DNA of 64,000 nt, taken from assembly GCA_902521655.1 (NCBI GenBank), contig CABYSM010000004.1:3125-67124 (forward strand). Reading direction: 5' to 3'. This document shows positions 39,632-51,126 of the stretch, piece by piece. The notes below the pieces were generated by a model, which had not been told where the DNA came from, searched no databases, and was given only the letters and a program-made list of their open reading frames with translations. Source of the stretch: an uncultured Pelagibacteraceae bacterium. GTDB lineage: Bacteria; Pseudomonadota; Alphaproteobacteria; Pelagibacterales; AG-422-B15. Every line of letters begins with the position of its first letter. Position 1 is the first letter of the stretch. The position numbers were made by a program, and so were the translations under genes.

Positions 39632-40183
39632 TTAAAGATCGGCAAGAACCTTTACTGAAACCATTTCATCAGGATCATCTACGGTCCCAGATCCAGGCGC
39701 ACCTCTTTTCAAGCCATCAACAAACTCCATTCCTTCAATTACTTGCCCGAATACAGTGTATTGTCCGTCTAAGTGGGGGGCCGCATCAAAGCAAATGAAA
39801 AATTGGCTGTTAGCAGAGTCTGGATCAGCAGTTCTTGCCATTGAAACAGTGCCTCTTAAATGAGAAGTATTGCTAAATTCATTTTTTAAATCAGGTTTAT
39901 CAGAGCCACCTGTTCCATTTCTATTTTCTCCATCGCCTGTTTGCGCCATAAAACCTTCAATTACCCTATGAAAGGGAACTCCATCATAAAAACCTTCTCT
40001 TGCAAGTTCTTTAATCCTTGTTGAATGGTTGGGTGCAATGTCTGGCATTAGCTCTATTATTACGTTCCCGCTTGTTAGTTCAATCTGAATAGTATTTTCA
40101 GGATCTTTAGACATGTATTCTCCTTCTGCATTAACTGCTGTTATTAAAAAAAATAAAGAAAAAATAATCTTTATGAAATTCAT
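39632..40183 (-). CDS. Peptidyl-prolyl cis-trans isomerase (cyclophilin type), with signal peptide
   Basis: Leader MNFIKIIFSLFFLITAVNA, then the cyclophilin motifs FHRVIEGFMAQTGD and NSQFFI. 183 aa. Confidence 0.93.
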   Translation of the reverse strand: MNFIKIIFSLFFLITAVNAEGEYMSKDPENTIQIELTSGNVIIELMPDIAPNHSTRIKELAREGFYDGVPFHRVIEGFMAQTGDGENRNGTGGSDKPDLKNEFSNTSHLRGTVSMARTADPDSANSQFFICFDAAPHLDGQYTVFGQVIEGMEFVDGLKRGAPGSGTVDDPDEMVSVKVLADL

Positions 40184-40185
40184 TC

Positions 40186-40665
40186 TTACTTATATTTATC
40201 TTTAAGTTTGCTCTCTACAAACTTATTAGTAAAATTGCTAATATCCCCACCTAAGCGCGCAATTTCTTTTACAAAGTTTGACGAAATGGATTGTCGCTGT
40301 GCATCTGCCATTAAAAAAACTGTTTCAATTTTTGAGTCAAGTTGTCTATTCATGCCTAGCATTTGGAATTCATATTCGAAATCTGAAACTACTCTTAAAC
40401 CTCTAATAAGAATTTCAGCATTCAATGAATTAGCAAGATCAATCAAAAGATTATCAAATGCAATTACTTCTATAATACTATTGCTCGAAAACTCCTCATC
40501 AATCATTTCTTTTCTTTCGTCTAAATTGAATAAAGGTTTTTTATGTGGGCTATCCGCAACAGCAATATAAAGCTTGTCCACGAGCTTAGTGGCTCTATTA
40601 ATGATATCTATATGCCCCTTGTGAATAGGGTCAAAACTTCCAGGGTATATGCCGGTTCTGTTCAT
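40186..40665 (-). CDS. coaD: Phosphopantetheine adenylyltransferase
   Basis: GIYPGSFDPIHKGHIDII (HxGH nucleotidyltransferase motif). 159 aa. Confidence 0.95.
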   Translation of the reverse strand: MNRTGIYPGSFDPIHKGHIDIINRATKLVDKLYIAVADSPHKKPLFNLDERKEMIDEEFSSNSIIEVIAFDNLLIDLANSLNAEILIRGLRVVSDFEYEFQMLGMNRQLDSKIETVFLMADAQRQSISSNFVKEIARLGGDISNFTNKFVESKLKDKYK

Positions 40666-40708
40666 GACTGGACTATATATCGAATATTATTTTAGCTCTA
40701 GTAATTTA

Positions 40709-43414
40709 TTAATTATCTATCTCAACTCTCGATGCTGAAACAACTTTTTCATTATCATTAGTTTTAAATATGCTAACGCCCTGCGTATTTCTTCCTGCTA
40801 CCCTAACGTCCTTAACAGGACAGCGAATAACTTGTCCAGATTTTGTAATTAGCATTATGTCATCGTCATCGTTGACAGGGAACGATGCCAGGACATTTCC
40901 GTTTCTATCAGATGTAGCGATACACATAATACCTGATCCGCCCCTGTTCGATATTCTAAATTGATATGATGAAGAGCGTTTTCCAAAACCGTTTTCTGTG
41001 AGCGTTAATATAAACTGTTCTTTAGCCTTCATTTCATCGTATCGTTCATTGCTCAACTTTACTTCCGCTTCAGAAACATCATTCTCACTGTCTTCACTAT
41101 CGATATGATCGTCATTATCTTTTTCTTTAGAACGCATTTTCAAAAAAGCTTTGGACTCACCTGAAGTCGTATCTGTGTGCGAAATAACTGAAATAGAAAT
41201 AATTTCATCTCCCTTGACTAACTTGATACCTCTTACACCCGTTGATGTCCTACTTTTTGTAGTTCTAAGTTTTGTAACAGGTGTTCTAATGCATTTTCCA
41301 TATTTTGTTGTAAGAAGTATATCATCATCATTGGTACATAGTTTTACTCCAACTATGCTATTGTCGCCAACAAGCTTCATCGCAATTTTACCATTTGCTT
41401 GTATGCGTTTAAAATCTTCTAGACTGTTTTTTCTAATACTACCGTCTGCTGTAGCAAAAACTAGAAAATCACTTTCTTCGTCCATTTTCATTTCTGGCAG
41501 GACCAGGATACTTGAAAGCCTGTCTTTTTCTTTAAGGTTAAATAGATTTACAATTGCTTTGCCTTTCGCTTGAGGAGAAGACTCTGGTATTTTCCAAGTT
41601 TTGAGCTTGAATGCTATTCCACTAGAAGTAAAAAAGAGCATATTGTCATGAGTGCTTGCTGTAAAAACTTGAGTCACAAAATCTTCATCATTTGTCTTCA
41701 TGCCAGCTCTACCTTTACCGCCTCTTTTCTGAGCTCTGTACATATTTAATGGGACTCTTTTTATGTAGCCAGAGTTAGTCACACTTACGACCATATCGCT
41801 TCGTTGAACTAAATCTTCTTGATCGATTTCGGATACTTCGCCTTCGTTTATTTCTGTACGACGTGGAACATCAAACTGTTCTTTAATTGAATCTAATTCG
41901 TCATTAATTACCTTTTTTAATACGCTGTTATCTTTGAGTACAGATAAGAAATAGCCAATTTTTTTTGATAATTCTGATAATTCAACTTTTATCTCATCTT
42001 TTCCTAGTGCCGTAAGGCGTTGAAGCCTTAATTCTAAGATTGCTTTAGCTTGCTCCTCAGTGAGATAAACCTCTTTATCATTTTTCACCTGCCTAGGATC
42101 ATCTACAATTTTGAGTAGATCGATTATATCTTTTGTCTTCCATTTTGTTTTCAGTAAAGACGTCTTTGCTTCATTTGGATCTTTTGAGGATTTTATTATG
42201 TCTATTATGCTATCAACATTTGCTACTGCTATTGCAAGCCCGATTAAAGTATGAGCGCGATCTCTTGCTTTAGATAAATCATATCTTGTCCTATTTGAAA
42301 TAATGTCTTTCCTAAATTGTACAAAATGGTGAATGAACTCTTTTATGTTCATTAGTTTTGGCTTACCGTTTGTTAAGGCTAATGAATTAACCCCATAAGA
42401 ACTCTGTAATGAAGTAAACTTATAGAGTTTATTAAGTATAACCTGAGCGATGACACCTTTTTTTAATTCAACAACAACTCGGACACCTTGGCGATCTGAC
42501 TCATCTCTCAAATCACTAATGCCTTCTATTTTTTTGTCTCTTACTAATTCAGCAATTTTTTCTAATAAGACTGATTTATTAACTTGATAAGGAATTTCAG
42601 TGAAAATAATAGCTTCACGGTCATTTTTAAACTCTTCAATCATTGACTTGGCTTGAACTACGATAGAACCTCTTCCTGTAGATTGAGAAGCTTTAATGCC
42701 ACTGGTTCCTATTATCGTTCCACCAGTTGGAAAATCTGGCCCCTTAATGATTTGACTTATTTTTTCAAAGGAAATTTGTTCGTCTTCTAAAAATGCCTTA
42801 CAAGCTTCAACAACCTCTCCTAAATTATGAGGCAGGATATTTGTAGCCATACCTACAGCTATGCCCCCAGCGCCATTAACTAATAAATTTGGATACTTTG
42901 CAGGTAGAACTGTTGGCTCACTCTCTGTCTCATCATAATTAGGCCTGAACTCTACTGTATTTTTTTCAATGTCTTCTAAAAGAAAACTTGAGATCTTTGC
43001 CATGCGCACTTCTGTGTAACGCATTGCCGCTGCTTTATCTCCGTCCATTGAGCCGAAGTTGCCCTGACCATCAATAAGTGTAGCGCTCATAGAAAAATCC
43101 TGAGCTAGTCTTACAAGTGCATCGTAGACTGCTTGATCTCCGTGAGGATGATACTTACCGATTACATCTCCTACTACTCTTGCACTTTTCCTGTGTTGCT
43201 TATTCCATTCATAGCCTGACTCATGCATGGCATATAATATTCTGCGATGAACAGGCTTTAGTCCGTCTCTAACATCAGGTAATGCCCTGCTGACAATCAC
43301 ACTCATTGCATAATCCAGATATGAATTCTGCATTTCTGTATCAATTAGTATGGGTATAATTGATTGCTCTTTAGGCGTTTTCAGATCTTCATTTTGATCT
43401 TTAGAATCACTCAA
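40709..43414 (-). CDS. gyrA: DNA gyrase subunit A
   Basis: [32 protein letters not shown], active-site AAMRYTE, and C-terminal beta-pinwheel repeats. 901 aa, TTG start. Confidence 0.96.
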   Translation of the reverse strand: MSDSKDQNEDLKTPKEQSIIPILIDTEMQNSYLDYAMSVIVSRALPDVRDGLKPVHRRILYAMHESGYEWNKQHRKSARVVGDVIGKYHPHGDQAVYDALVRLAQDFSMSATLIDGQGNFGSMDGDKAAAMRYTEVRMAKISSFLLEDIEKNTVEFRPNYDETESEPTVLPAKYPNLLVNGAGGIAVGMATNILPHNLGEVVEACKAFLEDEQISFEKISQIIKGPDFPTGGTIIGTSGIKASQSTGRGSIVVQAKSMIEEFKNDREAIIFTEIPYQVNKSVLLEKIAELVRDKKIEGISDLRDESDRQGVRVVVELKKGVIAQVILNKLYKFTSLQSSYGVNSLALTNGKPKLMNIKEFIHHFVQFRKDIISNRTRYDLSKARDRAHTLIGLAIAVANVDSIIDIIKSSKDPNEAKTSLLKTKWKTKDIIDLLKIVDDPRQVKNDKEVYLTEEQAKAILELRLQRLTALGKDEIKVELSELSKKIGYFLSVLKDNSVLKKVINDELDSIKEQFDVPRRTEINEGEVSEIDQEDLVQRSDMVVSVTNSGYIKRVPLNMYRAQKRGGKGRAGMKTNDEDFVTQVFTASTHDNMLFFTSSGIAFKLKTWKIPESSPQAKGKAIVNLFNLKEKDRLSSILVLPEMKMDEESDFLVFATADGSIRKNSLEDFKRIQANGKIAMKLVGDNSIVGVKLCTNDDDILLTTKYGKCIRTPVTKLRTTKSRTSTGVRGIKLVKGDEIISISVISHTDTTSGESKAFLKMRSKEKDNDDHIDSEDSENDVSEAEVKLSNERYDEMKAKEQFILTLTENGFGKRSSSYQFRISNRGGSGIMCIATSDRNGNVLASFPVNDDDDIMLITKSGQVIRCPVKDVRVAGRNTQGVSIFKTNDNEKVVSASRVEIDN

Positions 43415-43535
43415 ATTTAAAACCTATTGGAAGGATATATTCCCTAGAAAACTAGGAAAAATAGCCATTAAATTGTTATAAAAATATATGAAATTATAGC
43501 AGAAAAAAGTATGTTTTTCGAATTAAAAATTCTTC

Positions 43536-43994
43536 TTAAAAAGGAATCTCATCGTCGATATCGATGTCTGCTGGAGATGAATCTATAGCCTCTTGATTCA
43601 TGTCGGAAGACATATCAGAAATTGATTCAGAACTGCCTGAGCCACGAGAATCTAGCATGGTTAATGTACCATTATAGTTACCCAAAATTACTTCTGTCGT
43701 ATATTTTTCATTACCGTTTTGATCTGTGAATTTTCTAGTCTGTAATTGCCCCTCTATATACAGCTTTGAGCCTTTCTTAACATAACTCTCAACAACACCC
43801 GCTAAACCATCGTTAAATATAACTATTCTATGCCAGCTAGTTTTTTCTTTTTTCTCACCAGTTGACTTATCTTTCCAAGACTCAGATGTAGCTAGACTTA
43901 ATTGCGCCAATCTTTTGCCGTCCTGTGTTTGCCTGATTACAGGATCTGCTCCTATGTTGCCAATAAGCATTACTTTGTTAAGACTGGAAGCCAT
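43536..43994 (-). CDS. ssb: Single-stranded DNA-binding protein
   Basis: OB-fold N-terminus (LNKVMLIGNIGADP) and acidic C-terminal tip DIDDEIPF. 152 aa. Confidence 0.96.
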   Translation of the reverse strand: MASSLNKVMLIGNIGADPVIRQTQDGKRLAQLSLATSESWKDKSTGEKKEKTSWHRIVIFNDGLAGVVESYVKKGSKLYIEGQLQTRKFTDQNGNEKYTTEVILGNYNGTLTMLDSRGSGSSESISDMSSDMNQEAIDSSPADIDIDDEIPF

Positions 43995-44103
43995 AAAAAC
44001 TAATTTAACTAGTTAATAAGTAAGTGTATATAAAAAAAGGTTATTCTATAACTTTATTCACAGGATATCTTTAAATAGTGACCATTAGGATTAATTGAAG
44101 AAT

Positions 44104-46932
44104 ATGAACAAAAATATTTCAGTTCAGGGAGCAAGAGAGCACAATCTCAAAAATATTAACGTAAAAATACCGAGAGAAAAACTTACTATTATCACAGGCC
44201 TTTCTGGTTCAGGTAAATCATCATTAGCTTTCGATACTATTTATGCAGAAGGTCAACGAAGATACGTAGAAAGTCTCTCAGCTTATGCAAGACAATTCCT
44301 TCAAATGATGCAAAAGCCTAATGTTGATTTGATTGAAGGACTGAGTCCTGCCATTTCAATTGAGCAAAAAACAACTTCTAAAAATCCGAGATCTACAGTG
44401 GGAACTGTTACAGAGGTTTATGATTACTTAAGATTATTATTTGCACGTATTGGGGTGCCCTATTCACCTGCAACTGGACTTCCAATTAAAAGTCAAACCG
44501 TTACTCAAATTGTAGATCAAATTAAGAATAGAAAAATTGGTTCAAGATTTTTAATTTTATCACCAATTATTAGAGGTAGAAAAGGCGAATATCGTAAAGA
44601 ATTGCAAGAACTGCAAAAAAAAGGATTTCAAAGAGTTAAAATAGATGGAGAAATATATGAGTTTGACTCGCTTCCAAACCTCGACAAAAAAAAGAAACAT
44701 AATATTGAAGTTGTTGTTGATAGAATTGTTCTAAGCGACGACATTGGAAACAGGTTGGCGGATAGTGTTGAGACTGCTTTAAATCTATCTGATGGTCTGG
44801 TTATTATTGAGAACGTTAACGAAGAATCTGAGAAACCTAACCAGGATCTTTTCTCATCAAAATTTGCATGCCCTGTTTCTGGTTTCACAATAGATGAAAT
44901 TGAGCCAAGACTTTTTTCATTTAATAATCCCTTTGGTGCTTGTGCTGAATGCGATGGAATCGGAACAGATCTTTCAATCGATCCGAATCTTGTTGTCCCC
45001 AATAAAAACTTATCAATTAATGAGGACGCTTTAGCTCCCTGGCCAGTTTCAAAATATGGTTATTTTCGAAATATTCTTGAAACTGTATCTAGAAAATACA
45101 AATTCTCACTTAATACGCCATGGAAAAATCTTGGTAAAAAAATTCAAAATATTGTTCTCTACGGATCAGGTGATACAGAACTTAAGTTTACTTATGACGA
45201 TGGATATGAGTATGAAAGATCTTTTGAGGGTGTCATTAATAATCTTGAAAGAAGGTTTCTTGAAACTGAAAGTGATTGGATGCGAGGAAGAATTGAAAGG
45301 TATCAGGGCGAAGTGAAATGTGAACCTTGTTCAGGATTTAGGCTAAAAGAAGAAGCTCTTGCTGTTAAAATTGATAAACTTCATATTGGCGAAGTCTGTG
45401 ATAAATCTATAAAAGAATTGCTCTTGTGGTTTGGGAAGCTTGAGAAGAAATTGACAAAAAAAGAAAAGGAAATAGCCTACCGAATACTAAAAGAATTGAA
45501 TGAAAGAATATTATTCTTAAATAATGTTGGCCTTGAATACCTAACTCTTTCACGTGGATCTGGAAGTTTGTCAGGCGGGGAGTCGCAACGAATTAGACTG
45601 GCTTCTCAAATAGGATCTGGATTAACCGGTGTACTGTATGTATTAGACGAACCCTCTATTGGACTTCACCAGAGAGACAATGAAAGATTAATCAAAACTC
45701 TTAAAAGACTTCGAGATCTTGGAAATACAGTAATTGTTGTAGAACACGACGAAGAGGCAATCACAACGGCTGATCATATTGTTGACCTTGGTCCAGCAGC
45801 TGGAGTTAATGGAGGAAAAGTTGTAGCTGAAGGTGATGTAAAGCAAATCAAGAAAAATAAAAATAGTATCACCGGTCAGTATTTATCGGGAAAACTTAAA
45901 ATTGAAATACCAAAAAAACGTAGAACTGCTCTGGAAGAAAAATATATACAAATCGTGGATGCAAGTGGAAACAATCTAAAAAATGTAAGCTGCGAAATAC
46001 CTCTTGGTACACTTACATGCATAACTGGAGTATCGGGCAGTGGAAAATCAACTCTTACAATAAATACATTGTATAAATCAATTGCTCAAAGTCTGAATGG
46101 ATCACGACATACAGTCGCTAAGCATAAAGAAATAAAAGGTCTTAGCGAGTTAGATAAAGTAATAGACATTGACCAATCACCCATCGGAAGAACACCAAGA
46201 TCTAACCCTGCTACTTATACTGGCGCTTTTACATTCATTAGAGATTGGTTCACAGGTTTACCTGAGTCTAAGGCGAGAGGCTACAAACCCGGTCGATTTT
46301 CTTTCAATGTAAAAGGTGGACGCTGTGAATCGTGCGAGGGAGATGGTGTTATTAAAATTGAAATGCATTTCCTTCCTGATGTATATGTCACATGTGATGA
46401 ATGTGAAGGCAAGAGATACAATCGAGAAACCCTTGAAATAAAATATAAAGATAAAAGTATAGCTGACATTTTAAGTATGACAGTAGATGAAGGCTGCAAG
46501 TTTTTTGACGCAATACCAATGATCAAAAATAAATTAATCACACTTCAGAATGTGGGTCTTGGTTATATTAAAATTGGCCAACAGGCTACTACTCTGTCAG
46601 GAGGTGAGGCTCAAAGAATCAAGTTATCAAAAGAACTTTCAAAAAGAGCTACAGGTAAAACTTTATATGTATTAGATGAACCCACTACTGGTCTACACGT
46701 TCATGATATCAAAAAACTTTTAGAAGTATTACAAATATTAGTAGAACAAGGAAATACGGTAGTTGTAATTGAACACAACTTAGATGTGATTAAAACGGCT
46801 GACTGGATCATTGATTTAGGCCCTGAGGGTGGCGATGGTGGAGGTGAAATTGTAGGATCTGGATCGCCAGAAATGATAGCAAAAATAAAGAAAAGTTATA
46901 CAGGTCAATATTTATCAAAAATCTTATATTAA
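44104..46932 (+). CDS. uvrA: Excinuclease ABC subunit A
   Basis: [10 protein letters not shown], two ABC modules ([24 protein letters not shown]), and zinc-finger Cys pairs. ATG at 44104 preferred over the upstream TTG at 44095. Confidence 0.96.
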   Translation: MNKNISVQGAREHNLKNINVKIPREKLTIITGLSGSGKSSLAFDTIYAEGQRRYVESLSAYARQFLQMMQKPNVDLIEGLSPAISIEQKTTSKNPRSTVGTVTEVYDYLRLLFARIGVPYSPATGLPIKSQTVTQIVDQIKNRKIGSRFLILSPIIRGRKGEYRKELQELQKKGFQRVKIDGEIYEFDSLPNLDKKKKHNIEVVVDRIVLSDDIGNRLADSVETALNLSDGLVIIENVNEESEKPNQDLFSSKFACPVSGFTIDEIEPRLFSFNNPFGACAECDGIGTDLSIDPNLVVPNKNLSINEDALAPWPVSKYGYFRNILETVSRKYKFSLNTPWKNLGKKIQNIVLYGSGDTELKFTYDDGYEYERSFEGVINNLERRFLETESDWMRGRIERYQGEVKCEPCSGFRLKEEALAVKIDKLHIGEVCDKSIKELLLWFGKLEKKLTKKEKEIAYRILKELNERILFLNNVGLEYLTLSRGSGSLSGGESQRIRLASQIGSGLTGVLYVLDEPSIGLHQRDNERLIKTLKRLRDLGNTVIVVEHDEEAITTADHIVDLGPAAGVNGGKVVAEGDVKQIKKNKNSITGQYLSGKLKIEIPKKRRTALEEKYIQIVDASGNNLKNVSCEIPLGTLTCITGVSGSGKSTLTINTLYKSIAQSLNGSRHTVAKHKEIKGLSELDKVIDIDQSPIGRTPRSNPATYTGAFTFIRDWFTGLPESKARGYKPGRFSFNVKGGRCESCEGDGVIKIEMHFLPDVYVTCDECEGKRYNRETLEIKYKDKSIADILSMTVDEGCKFFDAIPMIKNKLITLQNVGLGYIKIGQQATTLSGGEAQRIKLSKELSKRATGKTLYVLDEPTTGLHVHDIKKLLEVLQILVEQGNTVVVIEHNLDVIKTADWIIDLGPEGGDGGGEIVGSGSPEMIAKIKKSYTGQYLSKILY

Positions 46933-46981
46933 ATTCATAAATGGTATTTATAAATTTAAATTTTGTGATATATTGATATTA

Positions 46982-47590
46982 ATGGGAAGCATTTTACAGT
47001 CATTGAATAAGACTGTGGCAGCAGGAACACTGTTAGCAGTTTTTTTACTTTTTTTGGTAACGAGTCATTATGGAGGCTTTGACCAACTTTATTGGGCGTC
47101 TCTATCTCGATTTCTTCATGTATTGACAGGAACAATGTGGATTGGCCTTCTTTACTATTTCAATTTTGTTCAAATCCCAAATATGCCGAATATTCCAGAT
47201 GAGCAAAAACCAGCGATAGGAAAAGTGATTGCACCTGCCGCATTATTTTGGTTTAGGTGGGCAGCTCTTGCCACTGTAATAACTGGTCTTTCTACATTAG
47301 CTCTATACTATGGTCATGAAGGTGCTGTAAATGCTCTAACTCTAACTCTAGTTTATGGTTTTGATGGTAAACAATTGACAATCGGCATTGGCATGTGGCT
47401 TGCACTTATTATGGCTTATAATGTGTGGATGATTATTTGGCCTAATCAAAAAAAAGCATTAGGAATTGTCGAAGCTGACATGGATACAAAAGCTAAATCT
47501 GCAAGAACTGCGATGCTGTTTTCGCGCACAAACACATTATTATCAATACCAATGCTGTTAGCAATGGTTGTTGCACAAAACCTCTACTAA
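46982..47590 (+). CDS. Integral membrane protein of unknown function (about 5 TM)
   Basis: Hydrophobic ORF with LHVLTGTMWIGLLYYFNFVQIP, which vaguely recalls the membrane domain of PuuD-type proteins. No confident family. ATG at 46982 preferred over TTG at 46973. Confidence 0.6.
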   Translation: MGSILQSLNKTVAAGTLLAVFLLFLVTSHYGGFDQLYWASLSRFLHVLTGTMWIGLLYYFNFVQIPNMPNIPDEQKPAIGKVIAPAALFWFRWAALATVITGLSTLALYYGHEGAVNALTLTLVYGFDGKQLTIGIGMWLALIMAYNVWMIIWPNQKKALGIVEADMDTKAKSARTAMLFSRTNTLLSIPMLLAMVVAQNLY

Positions 47591-47646
47591 AATTTATTAT
47601 TTCTCGTTATTGAATTTTATTTAATAAAGTATACTTAATTTATTGT

Positions 47647-48243
47647 ATGCTAACACTTCCTAAATTGCCATATTCCTATGAAGCACTTCAAGATTTTGGA
47701 ATGGGTAAAGAAACAATGGAGTACCATCATGGTCTTCACCATAAAGCATATGTAGATAACGGAAATAAACTTTTAGAGGGTAGTGATTGGGAAAATAAAG
47801 ATATTGAAGAGATAATACTTGGAAACTTTAAGCTTGATTCCAAATCTCAAAATGGAATCTTTAATAATGTAGCTCAACATTGGAATCACTGTGAATTCTG
47901 GAAAATGATGACTCCTAAAAAATCTACTATGCCCGGAGAACTTGAAAAATCAATAATCGACTCCTTTGGTTCCCTATCAAATTTTAAAGATGAATTTGTT
48001 GCTGCTGGAGTTTCACAATTCGGCTCTGGATGGTGCTGGCTAGTCAAGGATAGCGATGATAGATTATCAATAACAAAAACTGAAAATGGTTTAAACCCGC
48101 TTTGTTTTTCTCAGAAAGCTCTTTTAGGTTGCGATGTATGGGAGCATGCCTATTATTTGGATTTTAGAAATAAAAGACCGGCATATATATTGAACTTTTT
48201 GGAAAATCTAACTGACTGGGAATATGTTTCTTCAAAATTATAA
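47647..48243 (+). CDS. sodB: Superoxide dismutase (Fe-type)
   Basis: LPKLPYSYEAL, HHGLHHKAYV, AQHWNHCEFW, and DVWEHAYYLD metal-ligand motifs. 198 aa. Confidence 0.93.
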   Translation: MLTLPKLPYSYEALQDFGMGKETMEYHHGLHHKAYVDNGNKLLEGSDWENKDIEEIILGNFKLDSKSQNGIFNNVAQHWNHCEFWKMMTPKKSTMPGELEKSIIDSFGSLSNFKDEFVAAGVSQFGSGWCWLVKDSDDRLSITKTENGLNPLCFSQKALLGCDVWEHAYYLDFRNKRPAYILNFLENLTDWEYVSSKL

Positions 48244-48246
48244 TAT

Positions 48247-49173
48247 TTATCTTGTTGAGTCGACTGCAGAAGTTGTATTCCATTCTCTTTTAACATCTAA
48301 ATAGTTTAGAAGTGGTGCAGCTACGAAAATTGATGAATATGTTCCAACCACTACACCCCATATCATTGCAAATGTAAATCCCTTGATTACTTCACCACCA
48401 AAAATAAATAATGATAACAAGGCAAGTAATGTTGTGACAGATGTTACAATTGTACGCGATAATGTCTCATTAATGGATAGATTTAGTAGATCTATAATAT
48501 TTTTAGATCTGTGCTTACGTAAGTTTTCTCTAACACGGTCATAAACAACTACGGTATCATTCATTGAGTAACCAACTATTGTAAGAATTGCTGCGATGAT
48601 TGGGAGATTAAATTCTAACTGAGTGATACTGAATACACCAATGGTTAAAATTACATCGTGAATTAAAGCAACTACAGCTCCAAGAGAAAATTGCCACTCA
48701 AATCTGAACCAAATATAAACTAGCATTGCAAATACTGCTGCTAATATTGCAATAGCGCCAGATTGTATCAATTCACCACTTACTTTTGGACCAACTACCT
48801 CTGTTCTTCTGAAATTAACTTCAGATGAAAGGTATGAATTTAAACTAGTCTTTACAATCTCAACAACATTTTGTTGAATTTGATCACCGCCTGATTGCTG
48901 TTCAACTCTGATTAATAAATTATTTTTTGATCCAAATTCCTGAACCTGAACATCCCCTAAACTTAGAGAATTCAGATTATCTCTTAGTCCTGCAATTTCT
49001 ATTTCATTCTCAGTTTCAATTTCAATTAATGTTCCACCTTTAAAATCAATACCAAAGTTTAACCCACTTACAAAAAAAGCCCCAAAGGATAAAACTACTA
49101 ATATAGATGAAAATATAAAAGTGATGATTCTTGATTTTAAGAAATCTATTTTTGTATTTGCTATATCAATCAT
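48247..49173 (-). CDS. secF: Protein translocase subunit SecF
   Basis: LNFGIDFKGGT motif, 6-TM layout, follows secD with an 8-nt overlap. 308 aa. Confidence 0.94.
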   Translation of the reverse strand: MIDIANTKIDFLKSRIITFIFSSILVVLSFGAFFVSGLNFGIDFKGGTLIEIETENEIEIAGLRDNLNSLSLGDVQVQEFGSKNNLLIRVEQQSGGDQIQQNVVEIVKTSLNSYLSSEVNFRRTEVVGPKVSGELIQSGAIAILAAVFAMLVYIWFRFEWQFSLGAVVALIHDVILTIGVFSITQLEFNLPIIAAILTIVGYSMNDTVVVYDRVRENLRKHRSKNIIDLLNLSINETLSRTIVTSVTTLLALLSLFIFGGEVIKGFTFAMIWGVVVGTYSSIFVAAPLLNYLDVKREWNTTSAVDSTR

Positions 49174-50776
49174 TTATTTTCATCCCTACTAGTGAAGGTT
49201 TAAGACTTTTTGCATAAATTGAGATCAATAACCTCGTAAAAGTAAAAGCTGTAAATACTGAAGTGAAAATTCCTATAGCCAATGTAATTGAAAAGCCTCT
49301 TACTGGCCCTGATGCCATGAAAAACAGTATAATGGCTGCAATTAAAGTTGTAATATTTGCATCTAGTATCGTTGAAAGAGCTCTTTTGTATCCATTTTCA
49401 ACAGCATTGATCATTTTAGACCCGCTTCTAATCTCTTCTTTAACACGCTCAAAGATCAACACGTTAGCATCAACCGCCATACCTATCGTTAAAATAATGC
49501 CGGCAATACCAGGTAAAGTTAAAGTTGCTTGAAATAATGAAAGTATACCGAGCACCATAAATAAGTTAATGATCAAGGCTATATCAGCTAAGAAACCAAA
49601 GTATCTATAAACAAACATCATAAATAAAATGACTGCTACGAAACCTATTATAGCTGCATACTGACCTGCCTCTATTGAGTCTGCTCCAAGATCTGGTCCT
49701 ACTGATCGTTCCTCTAAAATAATTAGTGGCGCTGGAAGTGCTCCTGCTCTAAGCAGTATAGCTAAGTCATTTGCCTCGTCTGAATCAAATCCTCCTGAAA
49801 TTTGCCCTGATCCGCCTAAAATTGCTTCTCTTATAACGGGAGCGCTTATGACAGTATCATCTAAAATTATTGCAAAGGGCTTACCAACATTTTGCTGAGT
49901 AACGCGTCCAAATTTGCTGGCTCCAAGTCTGTCAAAGCGGAATGAAACGATTGGTTCATTTGTTTGCGGATCAAAGCCAGGTTGAGCATCAACTAAGTTT
50001 TCTCCTCCAACCATTACTCTTTTTTTTACAATATACTTAAAACTATCATCCGCATCTGATGGCAAGATTTCAGATCCTACAGGTGCTTTTTTTGGATTTA
50101 ACGGGTCGTAATTAGTAGAAGTATCTACAAGTTGAAAAGTAAGCTTAGCTGTTTGACCTAACAACGCTTTAATACGATCAGGATCATCAATGCCCGGCAA
50201 TTGAATGATAATTCGCGAAGATCCTTGCCTTTGAATAGATGGCTCTCTAGTTCCAAGTTCATCTATTCTTCTGCGTACAATTTCTAGAGATTGTGCGACA
50301 GCATTAGATACAGCTAATTTTACAAATTCATCAGTAAAGGAAATAGAAACTTCGTTCTCTTCTCTTAATATTACTAGGTTTGTCTGATCTCCCATTTGTA
50401 ATATATTTTGAGAATTACTTATTGATAATTCTGAAATTTCTTTTTGAATTTCAGTGGGAAACTCTTCAACAACAAATTTTAAGTTGTCATCAGTATTCTT
50501 AAAATTACTATATTGAATATTATTTTTCTTAAGTACTCTTCTTACATCAGAGTTTAGATTTTCTAGTCTTTCTTTTATAATCTCAACTGTATCAACTTCT
50601 AATAATAAATGCGACCCACCTTGTAAATCTAATCCGAGATTAACCTGTTGCTTAGGAATAAAACTTGGGAAGCTATTTAATTGATCTTTGCTAAAAAAAT
50701 TAGGAATAGCGAACATCAGGGCTATAAAGATGACTAATAAGATTGATGAAATCTTAATATTTGAAAAATAAATCAT
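49166..50776 (-). CDS. secD: Protein translocase subunit SecD
   Basis: LGLDLQGGSHLLLEV, periplasmic domain, and C-terminal 6 TM. 536 aa. Confidence 0.94.
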   Translation of the reverse strand: MIYFSNIKISSILLVIFIALMFAIPNFFSKDQLNSFPSFIPKQQVNLGLDLQGGSHLLLEVDTVEIIKERLENLNSDVRRVLKKNNIQYSNFKNTDDNLKFVVEEFPTEIQKEISELSISNSQNILQMGDQTNLVILREENEVSISFTDEFVKLAVSNAVAQSLEIVRRRIDELGTREPSIQRQGSSRIIIQLPGIDDPDRIKALLGQTAKLTFQLVDTSTNYDPLNPKKAPVGSEILPSDADDSFKYIVKKRVMVGGENLVDAQPGFDPQTNEPIVSFRFDRLGASKFGRVTQQNVGKPFAIILDDTVISAPVIREAILGGSGQISGGFDSDEANDLAILLRAGALPAPLIILEERSVGPDLGADSIEAGQYAAIIGFVAVILFMMFVYRYFGFLADIALIINLFMVLGILSLFQATLTLPGIAGIILTIGMAVDANVLIFERVKEEIRSGSKMINAVENGYKRALSTILDANITTLIAAIILFFMASGPVRGFSITLAIGIFTSVFTAFTFTRLLISIYAKSLKPSLVGMKIND

Positions 50777-50783
50777 TAATTAT

Positions 50784-51062
50784 TTATTTGGATGCGCTCT
50801 CTTTGACTACTTCAGCAATTGTTGATTTGACTAAAGTAACGTTGACTCCTTGAGATATCTCAACCTCAACATCAAAATCACCGACTACCTTGACAACTTT
50901 ACCTCTTATTCCACCGGAACTTACAATCTTGTCGCCTCTCTGCACGCCCGCTACCATCTCCTTATGTTCCTTGGCTCTTCTTTGCTGCGGTCTAATCAAT
51001 AGGAAATAAAAGATCGCAAAAATTAAGAATAGCGGCATTAACTGAACTAGCATCTGTTCCAT
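50784..51062 (-). CDS. yajC: Preprotein translocase subunit YajC
   Basis: 92 aa with a single TM, then RPQQRRAKEHKEM...GDKIVSSGGIRGKV. Confidence 0.92.
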   Translation of the reverse strand: MEQMLVQLMPLFLIFAIFYFLLIRPQQRRAKEHKEMVAGVQRGDKIVSSGGIRGKVVKVVGDFDVEVEISQGVNVTLVKSTIAEVVKESASK

Positions 51063-51126
51063 TATGAATCTCCTTTAAATAATTACGGCAATATACATAC
51101 TTAGCATATATATTTGAACTAAATAA

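Noticed and set aside
44041-44059. The direct repeat TTATTC-N7-TTATTC as a degenerate LexA (GTTC-N7-GTTC) box.
   Set aside because: The conserved G is missing in both halves, and the tetramer spacing is N9 rather than N7. It is kept only as a testable alternative in the corresponding finding.
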